Assembly: GCA_902765625.1 (NCBI GenBank)
Contig: CACXAO010000002.1
Span: 1,238 to 65,237 of the forward strand
Length of the DNA: 64,000 nucleotides
Source of the DNA: an uncultured Ruminococcus sp.
Lineage (GTDB): Bacteria > Bacillota > Clostridia > Oscillospirales > Acutalibacteraceae
Direction: 5' to 3'
In this document: piece by piece, positions 28,851 through 39,599 of the stretch
Position numbering within the stretch: position 1 is the stretch's first letter
Layout of the letters: each line of letters begins with the position of its first letter
Translations under genes and position numbers: made by a program
Notes under the pieces: model-generated
Databases searched by the model: none
Seen by the model: only the letters and a program-made list of their open reading frames with translations
What the model was told of the DNA's origin: nothing

Positions 28851-30688
28851 TGGCATTGATTGAAATGAGTGAGCTTGACGTTCGCCTTAGCGAAAGACTG
28901 GACGAGCTGAAATGGCTCTATTACGAGCTTTATTACGGCGACGAACAGGGCTTCCAGTACCTCTGCTCGCTGATAAGGGATTTTTACGAGAACCGCAGCG
29001 ACAGCCTCAAAGCCCTTGACCGCAAAAGAGAAAAAGACCCCGACTGGTACCGCGGCAACGACATTGTGGGCATGATGCTCTATGTCGACAGCTTCGCCGA
29101 CAACCTTCAGGGCGTTATCAAAAAGCTCGATTACTTTACCGAGAGCGGCGTAAATTACGTTCATCTCATGCCGCTGCTTCAAAGTCCCAAGGAACACAGC
29201 GACGGCGGCTACGCGGTATCTGACTTCCGTTCGGTTCAGCCGGAGCTCGGCACTATCGACGACCTCAGAGAGCTTACCGACAAGTGCCACAAGCGCGGTA
29301 TAAGCTGCTGTCTCGACTTCGTTATGAACCACACGAGCGATGAGCACGAATGGGCTAAGGCTGCACGCGCAGGCGACGAAACCGCCCGCGGACGCTACTT
29401 CTTCTTCGACAACCGGGACATCCCGAACGAGTACGAAAGAACCGTTCCGCAGGTATTTCCCACCACAGCTCCCGGCAACTTTACTCATCTGCCCGACGGC
29501 AAAATCGTAATGACGACCTTCTATCCATATCAGTGGGATCTTGACTACTCTAACCCGATGGTTTTCAACGATATGACGGCGAATATGCTCTACCTCGCTA
29601 ACGCAGGTATCGACGTTATCCGCCTTGACGCCGTTCCTTACATCTGGAAGGAGCTCGGCACTCAGTGCCGCAACCTGCCGCAGGTTCATTCTATCGTCAG
29701 AATGATGCGCATTATCTGCGAAATCGTCTGTCCGTCCGTGCTGCTGCTCGGCGAGGTAGTTATGGAGCCTTCAAAAATCGCACCTTACTTCGGCACGGTC
29801 GAAAAGCCCGAGTGCAATATGCTCTACAACGTCACCACTATGGCAAGCACATGGAACTCCGTTGCGACGCGCGACGTCAGACTCCTCGAAAGACAGATGA
29901 ACGAGCTTGCAAAGCTGCCGAACAACTACGTTTTTCTCAACTACCTGCGCTGCCACGACGACATCGGCTGGGGTCTTGACTACGACTGGCTGAGAGAACG
30001 CGGCATGGAACAGGCTCCGCACAAAAAGTACCTCAACGACTACTTTACAGGCAAGTTTGAGGGAAGTATCTCGCGCGGAGAGCTTTATAACGACGACCCG
30101 ATTTTGCAGGACGCGCGTCTTTGCGGCACCACCGCAAGCCTTTGCGGCATCGAGGCGGCTCTCTGGGACAAAGATCAAAAGGCGCTTGACCTCGCGATCG
30201 AGGCTGACATTATGCTGCACGCGTTCATGTTCACACAGAGCGGAATCCCCGTTATCTACAGCGGCGACGAGGTCGGTCAGCTGAACGACTATATGTATCA
30301 CGCCGATATAAACAAAAAGTTCGACAGCCGCTATCTCCACCGCGGCAAGTTTGACTGGAAGCTCGCTGCCGAACGCAAAAACCCCGACAGCTATCAGGGC
30401 AAGGTTTTCAACGCGCTCAGAAAGCTAGAGAAGCTCCGCGCTGAAAACCCCGTATTTGAGGCTCAGGCTAACTTCTACCCGATCGTAACCGACTCTCAGA
30501 GCGTGCTCGGTCTATGCCGCGAATACAAAGGTCAGAAGCTCCTCGCGCTGTTTAACTTCTGCGAGAACGAGCGCACCGTTACCCTTGAGCAAAAACGCTC
30601 CTACACCGATCTCTTCACCGGCGAAAAGCACGTTAGAAAAAACATTCCGCTTAAACCCTACGCGTTCCTCTGGGCGCTTGTAAAATAA
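28850..30688 (+). CDS. GH13 amylosucrase-like transglucosidase (cytoplasmic)
   Basis: SDGGYAV, NHTS, QWDLDY, RLDAV, LGEVVM, RCHDDIGW; no signal peptide. Confidence 0.88.
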   Translation: MALIEMSELDVRLSERLDELKWLYYELYYGDEQGFQYLCSLIRDFYENRSDSLKALDRKREKDPDWYRGNDIVGMMLYVDSFADNLQGVIKKLDYFTESGVNYVHLMPLLQSPKEHSDGGYAVSDFRSVQPELGTIDDLRELTDKCHKRGISCCLDFVMNHTSDEHEWAKAARAGDETARGRYFFFDNRDIPNEYERTVPQVFPTTAPGNFTHLPDGKIVMTTFYPYQWDLDYSNPMVFNDMTANMLYLANAGIDVIRLDAVPYIWKELGTQCRNLPQVHSIVRMMRIICEIVCPSVLLLGEVVMEPSKIAPYFGTVEKPECNMLYNVTTMASTWNSVATRDVRLLERQMNELAKLPNNYVFLNYLRCHDDIGWGLDYDWLRERGMEQAPHKKYLNDYFTGKFEGSISRGELYNDDPILQDARLCGTTASLCGIEAALWDKDQKALDLAIEADIMLHAFMFTQSGIPVIYSGDEVGQLNDYMYHADINKKFDSRYLHRGKFDWKLAAERKNPDSYQGKVFNALRKLEKLRAENPVFEAQANFYPIVTDSQSVLGLCREYKGQKLLALFNFCENERTVTLEQKRSYTDLFTGEKHVRKNIPLKPYAFLWALVK

Positions 30689-30716
30689 ATAATTAACCTT
30701 TATTGGGGCGATTTTT

Positions 30717-31715
30717 ATGAAAATAAGCGAGATAGCCCGTATGGCAGGCGTTTCCTCGGCGGCGGTCAGCCGTTACATCAACGGCGGCAGCATCAGCGAG
30801 GAAAAAAAACAAAGAATCAAAAAGGTAATTGAAGAAACAGGCTATGTACCCAACCCCACCGCTCGTTCGCTCAGGCAGCAGCGCTCCGACGGAATCGGCG
30901 TTATCGTTCCGAAGTTCAACTCCGACTCCGTCAGCAACCTGATCGAAGGCGTTTCCACCGTGCTGAGCAAGTCCGGATATCTGGCTGTTTTCGGCAACGC
31001 CGAGAACGACGAGAAGCGCGAGCTTGAATACATGCACCTCATGCAGGAGACGCGCTTTGCAGGGATCCTTTTGATGGGCACCGTCTTTACCCCAAAGCAC
31101 ATCGCGTTTTTCCGTGAAAGCAGCTTGCCCATCGTCGTTTGCGGACAGAATAACCCTAACGTCACCTGCGTATATCACGACGACAAGGGAGCCGCAAAGG
31201 AGATCACGCGTTATATGATCCAAAAGGGCAGGCGCAGGATTGCGTATATCGGCGCGGTCGAACGCGACATAAGCGTTGGCGTTAACCGCCGCGAGGGTGT
31301 TGAGGAAGCTATGCGTGAAGCTCAGCTCGACCCCGAAGCTTTGGTGCGAACTCAGGTTTTCTTTGCTGCTGACGACGGATACAAGGGCATGAACGAGATT
31401 CTCGACGGCGGATATATGCCCGACGGCGTTATCTGCGCCACCGACACCCTCGCTGTCGGCGCGATCAAGGCGCTACGTGAGCGCGGCTTCAAGGTGCCCG
31501 ACGACATAGGCGTTGCCGGAATCGGAGGCGGCTTTGCGGGCACGATAATCACTCCGGCGCTAACAACGGTAAAGCTCTTTCACCGTGAATGCGGCGAACG
31601 CGGCGCGAAGCTTTTGCTCACATTGATTGAGCAGCAACGCGAAAAGCCCGATGAAAAATTACCGATTACCCAAACAATGTTCGGATATTCTCTGATTGAG
31701 AGAGAATCTGTATAG
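30717..31715 (+). CDS. scrR: LacI-family sucrose repressor
   Basis: IARMAGVSSAAVSRYIN...GYVPNPTARSL plus sugar-binding domain. Confidence 0.9.
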   Translation: MKISEIARMAGVSSAAVSRYINGGSISEEKKQRIKKVIEETGYVPNPTARSLRQQRSDGIGVIVPKFNSDSVSNLIEGVSTVLSKSGYLAVFGNAENDEKRELEYMHLMQETRFAGILLMGTVFTPKHIAFFRESSLPIVVCGQNNPNVTCVYHDDKGAAKEITRYMIQKGRRRIAYIGAVERDISVGVNRREGVEEAMREAQLDPEALVRTQVFFAADDGYKGMNEILDGGYMPDGVICATDTLAVGAIKALRERGFKVPDDIGVAGIGGGFAGTIITPALTTVKLFHRECGERGAKLLLTLIEQQREKPDEKLPITQTMFGYSLIERESV

Positions 31716-31731
31716 AGAGGAAGAAAGAATT

Positions 31732-32558
31732 ATGAACGGCAAGCTGTTATTATTGGATATAGACGGCACCCTGACCGAGCCCGGCTACAACGTGCCGCCA
31801 GACTCTGCGCTCGACGCTATCAGAAAGGCGCAAAAAACGGACACAAGGTCTACCTCTGCTCCGGACGAAACAAGGCTATGCTCAAGCCTCTGCTCGTCTA
31901 CGGCTTTGACGGATTTGTCGCCAGCGCGGGCGGATATGTTGTCAGCGGCGACGACGTAGTTTTTGACAGCCCGATGGATCCCGAGGTGTTCAAGCTCGCG
32001 ATGGACTGCTTTGAGCGCAACCATGTTTTCAGAACAGTTGAATGTCTCGACGGCACCTACGGCGACAACGGTCTTGAGGACTTGCTTGAGGGAGCAGACG
32101 AGTTTTCTAACAGCGAGCTTCTGAGATTTCGCAGACAGCTTAGCGAGACGCTCGACATAAAACCCATGAGCGAGTACAACGGCGCGCCAGTATACAAAAT
32201 CGTATTTATGTGCACCGACAAAAAGCAGCTTGAGGAGCCTATGGAGGTTTTGAAGGATCACTTTGTCTTTTGCGTTCAGAACCTTAACGCGATCGGCTGC
32301 CTTAACGGTGAGGTTTTCGGTCTTGACTTCAACAAGGGTATCGGCATCCACAGACTGTGCGAGTTTTTGGGAAAGGATATCTCTGACACGATCGGTTTTG
32401 GCGACAGCATGAACGACAAGGAAATGTTTGAGGCTGTAGGCTACAGCGTCTGCATGGAAAACGGTCATCCGCAGATGAAGGCTATGGCGGACTACGTATG
32501 TCCTGCGGTTGGCGACGACGGACTGTACAAGGCGTTTGAAAAGCTCGGTCTGATCTGA
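31732..32558 (+). pseudogene. Cof-type HAD IIB phosphatase with a 1-nt deletion frameshift in an A run
   Basis: LDIDGTL in one frame; GHKVYLCSGR...NKGIG...GFGDSMND in another. The switch is at CAAAAAACGG (31831-31840): A6 where A7 restores the frame. Confidence 0.88.
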
Positions 32559-32592
32559 TTTTCCGCTCATTTTACAAATATATCCAATGCTT

Positions 32593-32631
32593 TGAAACGG
32601 TTATTACTTCGGTGTAACCGTTTTCATTTTT
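32593..32631 (+). terminator. Intrinsic terminator of the scrK operon
   Basis: TGAAACGGTTATTAC-TTCG-GTGTAACCGTTTTCA-TTTTT. Confidence 0.65.
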
Positions 32632-32788
32632 CTGTAAAATTCTTCTTGTTTCGGCAGTTTTAATGGCAAAAAAGAAAATACCGCTGCAACCATTTTTTGA
32701 TTTATTTTCTTTGTAATTTACTAAAACTTTTATTTATGTTTCTCGTTATTGTCAATTTACAACCAGACTCAAAAGGGGTACAATAATA

Positions 32789-32803
32789 TTGTAATCGATT
32801 TCA
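32789..32803. promoter_or_regulatory. LacI-type (ScrR) operator 2
   Basis: TTGTAATCGATTTCA, just downstream of the TACAAT -10 of scrA. Confidence 0.75.
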
Positions 32804-32853
32804 AGAAATGCTCAAATTCTTGAATCACATTTTATTAAAAAAGGAGAGTATGT

Positions 32854-34751
32854 ATGGATTATCGCAAATGTGCGCAGGAAATCTATGATCTCGTCGGCAA
32901 ACGGGAAAATCTGGTTTCCGCAGCTCACTGCGCTACGAGACTTCGTCTTGTAACCGCAGACAACAGCAAGGTAAACATCAAAAAGCTCGAGGATGTAGAC
33001 GGCGTTAAGGGCGTATTCAGCTCTAACGGTCAGCTGCAGATCATTCTCGGCACGGGTACCGTCAACAAGGTTTATGACGAGTTCCTGTCAATCAGCGGCA
33101 TGAGCGCCGCTACAAAGGCTGACGTTAAGGCGGCAGCCGCAGCTAAACAACCGCTTCCGTTCCGCATGGTTAAGGCGTTGGGCGACGTTTTCGTTCCCAT
33201 TCTGCCCGCGATCGTTGCGGCAGGTCTGATTATGGGTCTGCTCGAGGGTATGACGAAGATCTGGCCCGACATGGCAAATTCAGGCACCTATCAGATTTTC
33301 CACCTTTTCAGTAACGCAGCATTCGTATTCCTTCCCATCCTCGTAGCTGTTTCGGCAGCGAGAGTATTCGGCGGCAACATATTCCTCGGAGCCGTCATAG
33401 CATGATAATGGTACATACCGACCTTGTTAACGCATGGAGCGTTGCCGGTATGCTCGAAGCAGGAGAAACGATACCGCAGGCTGACGTTTGGTTCGGCTTG
33501 TACAAGATAAACCTGACGGGCTATCAAGGTCACGTTATCCCGGTAATTATAGCCGTCTGGTTTATGTGCTTCCTCGAAAAACGGCTGCACAAGATCGTTC
33601 CCGAGATGATCGACCTCTTTGTCACTCCGCTCGTTACCGTTCTCGTTACCGGCTATCTCACCCTTACAATCTTCGGACCCGTTTTTGCTCAGCTCGAAGA
33701 GTGGGTTCTCATCGGCGTTCAGTGGGTCATCACAATTCCTTGGGGCATCGGCGCGGCGATTGCAGGAGCAGTTTATCCGCTAACTGTAGTCTGCGGCATA
33801 CACCATATGTACAACACGGTTGAGATAGGCATGATCTCGAACACCGGTCTGAACACATGGATGCCGATTGCTTCCTCAGCTAACTTTGCACAGGGCGGCG
33901 CGTGCTTCGCGGTTGCTCTCAAGACCAAGGACAAGAAATTCAAGTCTATGGCTCTTCCCTCCTCGTTCTCGGCATTCCTCGGCATCACCGAACCCGCAAT
34001 CTTCGGTGTTAACCTCCGTTTATTGAAGCCCCTCATCTGCGGCATGATCGGCGGCGCTGTAGGCGCTGCGGTCGGCAGCATGTTCGGTATCGGCGCTACC
34101 GCTTACGGCGTTACCGGTCTGTTCGGCTTCCTCATTACCACAAAGTTCGTTTGGCAGTACGCGATTATGCTCGCGGTTTCGTTTGCGATCTCCTTCACCC
34201 TCTCGTGGATCACCCACAAGGATAAGCCCAGAGAGGACGAGGCTGAGGCTACCGCTGAGGCTGATGCCGAAGAGCCTGCCCTGCCCGCTATCACCTGCGA
34301 AAAGGGTAGAGTTTACGCTCCCATCAAGGGCAACGTTATTCCGTCCGCAAATATTCCCGACGAAACCTTTGCCGCCGGCGTTCTCGGCGAGGGCGTGGGC
34401 ATTGAGCCTGAGCTCGGCGTTGTTTACGCTCCGTTTGACGGCGAGATTTCTTCCACAACAGATACAAAACACGCGATCGGTATCTCTTCACCCGACGGCA
34501 TGGAGCTGCTGATTCATGTAGGCGTTAACACGGTTGCCATGGAAGGCGACGGCTTTGAGCTGTTCTGCGCCGAGGGCGACACCGTTAAGGCAGGTCAGAA
34601 GCTGATGACATTCAGCATCGACAAGATCAAGGCTGCCGGCTACTCAACCACCACCGCCGTTCTCGTTACAAACAGCGACGACTACGCCGGCCTCGAAATC
34701 AAGGAAGGCGCATGCGAACCGCTCGACTGCGTAATTTCCATTAAAGAATAA
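32854..34751 (+). pseudogene. scrA: Sucrose PTS EIIBCA with a frameshift near 33400
   Basis: HCATRLR (IIB), GITEPAIFG (IIC), KHAIG and LIHVG (IIA). GTC ATA GC ATG appears to lack one G of GGC (expected GAVIGMIM). Confidence 0.9.
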
Positions 34752-34781
34752 TTATACTATTACTATAAAGGAGAAATTGAC

Positions 34782-35039
34782 ATGAAATCTTTTACCTACA
34801 CAATCACTGACCCCGTTGGTATCCACGCTCGTCCCGCCGGCATTCTCGTTAAGGCTGTTAAACCCTTCCAGAGCACCTGCAAAATCACAAAGGGCGAAAA
34901 GACCGTTGACCTGCGCAAGCTGATGGCTCTTATGGGAATGGGCATCAAGTGCGGCGACACCGTTGAGGTTACCATCGAAGGCGCGGACGAGGATACCGCC
35001 GCCGAGACAATCGAGAAGTTCTTTAAGGACAATCTCTGA
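34782..35039 (+). CDS. ptsH: HPr phosphocarrier protein
   Basis: GIHARPA His15 motif, EGADE. Confidence 0.92.
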   Translation: MKSFTYTITDPVGIHARPAGILVKAVKPFQSTCKITKGEKTVDLRKLMALMGMGIKCGDTVEVTIEGADEDTAAETIEKFFKDNL

Positions 35040-35062
35040 TAAAAAAACCTGAAACTACATTA

Positions 35063-36046
35063 GGAGGTATCATCGACGGCTACAACAACTGCATTTATAT
35101 TGAGCCGACGCAGGATCTGCTCGAAACTCTCGACAAAAAGCGCATTGAGGACGTTAAACAGAGAGCGTTGCTGCAGGAGCTCAAGAAAAAGCCCAACATC
35201 ACCCTCGACGGCACCGAGATCAACGTTTACGCCAACATAGGCAACGTTTCGGACACCGCGATGGTGCTGCAGAACGACGCCGGCGGCATCGGACTTTTCC
35301 GCTCGGAGTTCATTTATCTCAATTCAGAGACCTTCCCCACCGAGGACGAACAGTTTGCCATCTACAAGCGCGTTGCCGAGGTTATGGGCGGCAAAAAGGT
35401 TATTATCAGAACTCTCGACATCGGCGCCGACAAGCAGGCGGACTACTTCAATCTTCCCAAGGAGGATAACCCTGCTCTCGGTTACCGCGCGATCCGTATC
35501 TGTCTGCAGCAGCACGACATCTTTAAGGCACAGCTCAGAGCGTTGCTGAGAGCTGCCGCTTACGGCAAGGTAAGCATTATGTTCCCGATGATCATCTCCG
35601 TCCGCGAGGTCAAGGACGCGAAGGAAGTCCTCGAGGAATGCCGCAAGGAGCTTATCGCCGAGGACAAGGAAGTCGGCGATGTTGAGATCGGTATCATGAT
35701 CGAAACTCCGGCTGCCGTTATGCTCGCCGAAGAACTTGCCGAGGAGGTTGAGTTCTTCTCGATCGGCACCAACGACCTCACGCAGTACACACTCGCGATA
35801 GACCGTCAGAATCCCAAGCTCGATCCGTTCTACGATCCGCACCATCCCGCGGTTCTCAGAATGATTGAAATGACCGTTAAGGCTGCCCACAAGCACGACT
35901 GCTGGGTAGGCATCTGCGGCGAGCTGGGTGCGGACACCGCTCTGACCGAAACCTTCCTGCGCATGGGTCTTGACGAACTCAGCGTTAATCCCGGAAGCGT
36001 TCTTACCGTCAGAAAGCAAATCCGCAGTCTGGATTTAAGTAAATAG
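35063..36046 (+). pseudogene. ptsI: PTS enzyme I lacking its start codon and N-terminal (phospho-His) half
   Basis: The AGGAGG RBS runs directly into GIIDGYNNCIYIEP, a mid-protein EI sequence. The C-domain motifs GLFRSE, RTLDIGADK, GTNDLTQY and GICGE are intact. Confidence 0.9.
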
Positions 36047-36145
36047 TCACCTAATTACCTAACGGAGCCGGCTCGTATTTTTTCGGGTCGGCTCCCTGGT
36101 TTTTACAATAAAAAGAAGCCCTCGCAAAAGAGCTTCTTGTTGTAA

Positions 36146-37447
36146 CTAATTAAGCGGAAGCGTGCAGGTGATCTGCAGCCTGCCGTCCTCTGACACTGCC
36201 GTCTTTATGCTGCCGCCGTGCTTTTCGGTTATTGCCCGCGCGATCGAAAGACCTATGCCAAAGCCCGTGTTCTCCTCCTTTGAGCGCGATGCATCGCCGC
36301 GGTAAAAGCGGTCGAAAAGGTGCGTGAGGGCTTCCTCGTCGAGCGGCTCCTTTGTGGCGTTTTCGGTTGAAAATACGGCGTTCTTTCCCGAGCGGATGAG
36401 CGTTATGACGATGTCGCTGTCCTCGGGAGCGTGCTTTACGGCGTTCTCGCACAGAGTGCTTATTAGCCTGCGAACCGCCTGCTCGTCGCCGCAGAGCTTT
36501 ATATCATCCTCAGCGTTCAGAATGAGATTTTTGCCGTTGAACTCAGCCATACCGGCAAACGGAGCCGAAACGTCTGATACCGCGCCCGAAAGGTTGAAAA
36601 CGTTCCTCTCGAGGTGAGAATCAGCCTCATCCATGCGCGACAGGTAAATCAGCTCGTTTACAAGCTTGCGCATATTTGAAACCTGCTTCTGTGTGCCTCT
36701 CACCCACTCGTTGGGACCGATGTCCATTGAGAGAACGTCCATGTTTGCCGAAATCACGGTGAGCGGAGTTTTCAGCTCATGACCCGCGTCTGTTATGAAC
36801 TGCTTCTGTCGCTCGATGTTCTCGACCATGGGCTTTATCGCCTGATTGCTCAGCAAAAATACGACAAGCCACGCGAGCAGGATTCCGGCTACGCAGGCGG
36901 AAAGCGATATCAGCGCGAGGGTCACTACCTCGGAATACTTTGACTCGCAGTTGAGAAAAATCGCGACCCTTGCTCCGTCTGTCTTATCGACCACTCGGTA
37001 AATGTAGTTGCCGGTTCTGCCCGAAAGGCTCTCCGACGCAAAAACATTCTCTGCAATTGCGAGCTGTTCCTCCTCCGTGCAGTCGGTTTCTTTTGAGCCA
37101 ACGCCGAGCATGAGCTCTCCGTCATTCCGAAGGATCGCCATGAAGTATCTCGATTCCTCGAGAGTGTTCTGCATATGGTTGTGACCCTTCTGCTTCATCT
37201 GACCGCTGTCGGCGGTTGAACCGTTGCCGTGCTTTTCGTCCTCGCCTTCGTTTGGAGCGCCGCCTTTTTTCTGCTTTTCCTGAGAAATCGAGTTCTCGTA
37301 CTCAACCAGATAATCGAGCGTTGTATTAAGCTCGTTTTGAGTGCTCAGCAGGTGAACGATATTGATACTGCCTGCGACAAGCAGCATTGCAAGCGTGAGA
37401 GCAAGCAGCGCGATTCGGATAAAGCGCTGCCGGATTTCTTTCATCAT
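36146..37447 (-). CDS. Sensor histidine kinase
   Basis: Two TM helices; DAGHELKTPL, ENAVKH, FDRFYR, GFGIGLSIA. Confidence 0.95.
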   Translation of the reverse strand: MMKEIRQRFIRIALLALTLAMLLVAGSINIVHLLSTQNELNTTLDYLVEYENSISQEKQKKGGAPNEGEDEKHGNGSTADSGQMKQKGHNHMQNTLEESRYFMAILRNDGELMLGVGSKETDCTEEEQLAIAENVFASESLSGRTGNYIYRVVDKTDGARVAIFLNCESKYSEVVTLALISLSACVAGILLAWLVVFLLSNQAIKPMVENIERQKQFITDAGHELKTPLTVISANMDVLSMDIGPNEWVRGTQKQVSNMRKLVNELIYLSRMDEADSHLERNVFNLSGAVSDVSAPFAGMAEFNGKNLILNAEDDIKLCGDEQAVRRLISTLCENAVKHAPEDSDIVITLIRSGKNAVFSTENATKEPLDEEALTHLFDRFYRGDASRSKEENTGFGIGLSIARAITEKHGGSIKTAVSEDGRLQITCTLPLN

Positions 37448-38118
37448 AACGTGTTCTCCAATGTGTATCCCACTCCGCGCACAGCCTTGATTTTGGCATG
37501 GGCGCCAAGCTCGCTGAGCTTCTTGCGCAAAAACGAGATGTTGACCCAGACTACGTTGACCTCGGAGTCGCTGTCCCAGCCCCAGATACGTTCCATTATC
37601 TGAGAGATGCTGAGCACCGCTCCCTTGTGCTCAACGAGCATTTTCATAAGCTGAAACGCCTTGTTGTTCAGGCGGACGCTGCTGCCGCCGCAGCTGATTG
37701 ACATGGCTGATTTGTCAAGCTCGATATCCGAAAATTTTATTACGTCAGGCTTGAACTCCTCCTTGCGCCTGAGCATTGCACGAACCCTCGCAAGCAGCTC
37801 TGACGCCGCAAACGGCTTTGGAAGATAGTCGTCAGCGCCTGTGTCGAGGCCGGCGACCCTGTCCTCTACCGCGTCACGAGCCGTCAGCATGAGCGCCGGG
37901 GTTGACAAACCCTGCGAACGCATTTGACTCAAAACGTCGATACCGCTCAGCTTAGGCATCATCCAGTCGAGAATTACGCCGTCGTATTCTCCAGTTTCAA
38001 CATAATCGAGCGCGTCGCGGCCGTTGAAAACCACGTCTACCGAATAACCCGAACGCTCAAGCAGCGTTTGAACCGCCTTTGCGATATCGCGGTCGTCCTC
38101 TGCAAATAAAATACGCAA
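37444..38118 (-). CDS. OmpR-family response regulator
   Basis: AEDD, LDWMMP, GADDYLPKPF, VRGVGY; TTG start. Confidence 0.95.
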   Translation of the reverse strand: MRILFAEDDRDIAKAVQTLLERSGYSVDVVFNGRDALDYVETGEYDGVILDWMMPKLSGIDVLSQMRSQGLSTPALMLTARDAVEDRVAGLDTGADDYLPKPFAASELLARVRAMLRRKEEFKPDVIKFSDIELDKSAMSISCGGSSVRLNNKAFQLMKMLVEHKGAVLSISQIMERIWGWDSDSEVNVVWVNISFLRKKLSELGAHAKIKAVRGVGYTLENTL

Positions 38119-38150
38119 GTCAGGTCACCTCCAAGGTGAATAAATCTGTC

Positions 38151-38810
38151 TTAATTATACCAAAACAGCGATACTATTGCAAGAATCAAAAACGCAATAT
38201 ATACCGTCAGCTGGATCCACGGCATCGCCTTGCCGAGCTGAACGCGTATTTTGCCGCTGAGCGCGCCCGACAGTCCGAATATCAGGAGCATCGGCGACAG
38301 AGAGCTTGCCAAGGCAAACACCAAGCCGAGCAGCAACGCTCCCGGAAGCGAAAGTGTGATTGCATAACCCGCGACCATGATCAGCGGTGCGCACGGAGTT
38401 GCTCCGTAGGCAAGTCCTACCGTGAAGGACGGAATCACGCGGTTCAGCTTTTTTGAGGAACATTTGCCGCCGCATTTTGAGCAGGTTTTTCTGCGCTCTC
38501 TGTACCATTTCCAAATAAGGTACAGCGCCGAGGCGAGCATTACCCAAGACATTGCGTGATGGAGGTTGAAGCCGCCGATGAATCCGTTATCGTCGATAAA
38601 CACGCTGCCTAACGCCGATGAGATCATTGTGATCGAGCAGACCGAAAGCACCTTTCCGAGAAAGAAGCCGCCGACATGCTTCATTGAGGACGCGAAACCG
38701 CCGCCCTCGGAGAGAATGTACACCGCCAAAAACGATGACGCCGAAGTGCCGCAGCAGGTGCCGCAGCCAAGTCCGACAGAAATAGCCGCTGTGAGCGCTT
38801 CCGCTAACAT
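38151..38810 (-). CDS. CcdA/DsbD_2-like membrane protein
   Basis: About 6 TM helices; GCGTCCG, CSKCGGKC, TPCAPL; start at ATG 38810. Confidence 0.7.
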   Translation of the reverse strand: MLAEALTAAISVGLGCGTCCGTSASSFLAVYILSEGGGFASSMKHVGGFFLGKVLSVCSITMISSALGSVFIDDNGFIGGFNLHHAMSWVMLASALYLIWKWYRERRKTCSKCGGKCSSKKLNRVIPSFTVGLAYGATPCAPLIMVAGYAITLSLPGALLLGLVFALASSLSPMLLIFGLSGALSGKIRVQLGKAMPWIQLTVYIAFLILAIVSLFWYN

Positions 38811-38814
38811 GAAA

Positions 38815-39594
38815 TCAACCCCTTTCGCTTGCAAGCAGCGCAGCGCCGATCGCACCGTTGAACTGAGGATGGTTCGCCACGAATACATCGCGCATAAGCT
38901 CGTCCTCAAACGCCTTTCGCAGCCCTATATTCAGAGCACCGCCTCCGGTCATGAGAACATCGCCGTTCTTTTCGCTCTTTTTCATCATCTTTATAATTCG
39001 CTTTGCCATCGAAAGGTGCATTCCCGATAGAATATCGCGGCGGTCATACTTGCGCGCGATAAGCGAGATAACCTCGGACTGCGCGAACACAACGCAGGTG
39101 CTGTTGATATCGCAGGGTGCGTTGCTCTCAAGAGAGAGAGTTCCCACCTGATCTATTGTCGTTTCGAGGATCTGTGCTATGACCTCCATAAACTTGCCGG
39201 TGCCTGCGGCGCACTTGTCGTTCATACTGAAATTCTTTACCGAATAATTTGAATCGAGATAGATGATCTTACTGTCCTGACCGCCGATATCGACTATCAT
39301 GCCCGGGTGGTACCCGCGCGGTGCAGTTACCCTTACGCCGTACGCGTGCGCCGTGATTTCGCTGACGTCGTCGTCCGCTACCTCGAGAATCTTGCGGCTG
39401 TAGCCTGTTGCCATTGTATATGTCACGCGGTCGACTCCGCTCTCGTTCATCAGCTTTGCGAGAAGCTTTTTTGCCGACGCGTTGTTATCGATACCCGTTG
39501 AGGTGACGCCTGTGCGGATCACTCTTTTGCGCTCGTCGAGCAGCGCGGCTTTGAGATATGTTGAGCCGCCGTCAAGTCCTGCGTATACCTTCAT
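38815..39594 (-). CDS. ATP-dependent [4Fe-4S] activase (HgdC/BadFG/DCCP-R family)
   Basis: GLDGGST, TGYSR, EITAHA, DIGGQDSK, MNDKCAAGTG, STCVVFAQSE. Confidence 0.95.
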   Translation of the reverse strand: MKVYAGLDGGSTYLKAALLDERKRVIRTGVTSTGIDNNASAKKLLAKLMNESGVDRVTYTMATGYSRKILEVADDDVSEITAHAYGVRVTAPRGYHPGMIVDIGGQDSKIIYLDSNYSVKNFSMNDKCAAGTGKFMEVIAQILETTIDQVGTLSLESNAPCDINSTCVVFAQSEVISLIARKYDRRDILSGMHLSMAKRIIKMMKKSEKNGDVLMTGGGALNIGLRKAFEDELMRDVFVANHPQFNGAIGAALLASERG

Positions 39595-39599
39595 AGGAT

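Noticed and set aside
28781-29689. 302-aa antisense ORF (also 31785..32570, 35324..36019 and many shorter ones)
   Set aside because: Shadow frames of well-supported genes caused by codon bias; no recognisable motifs
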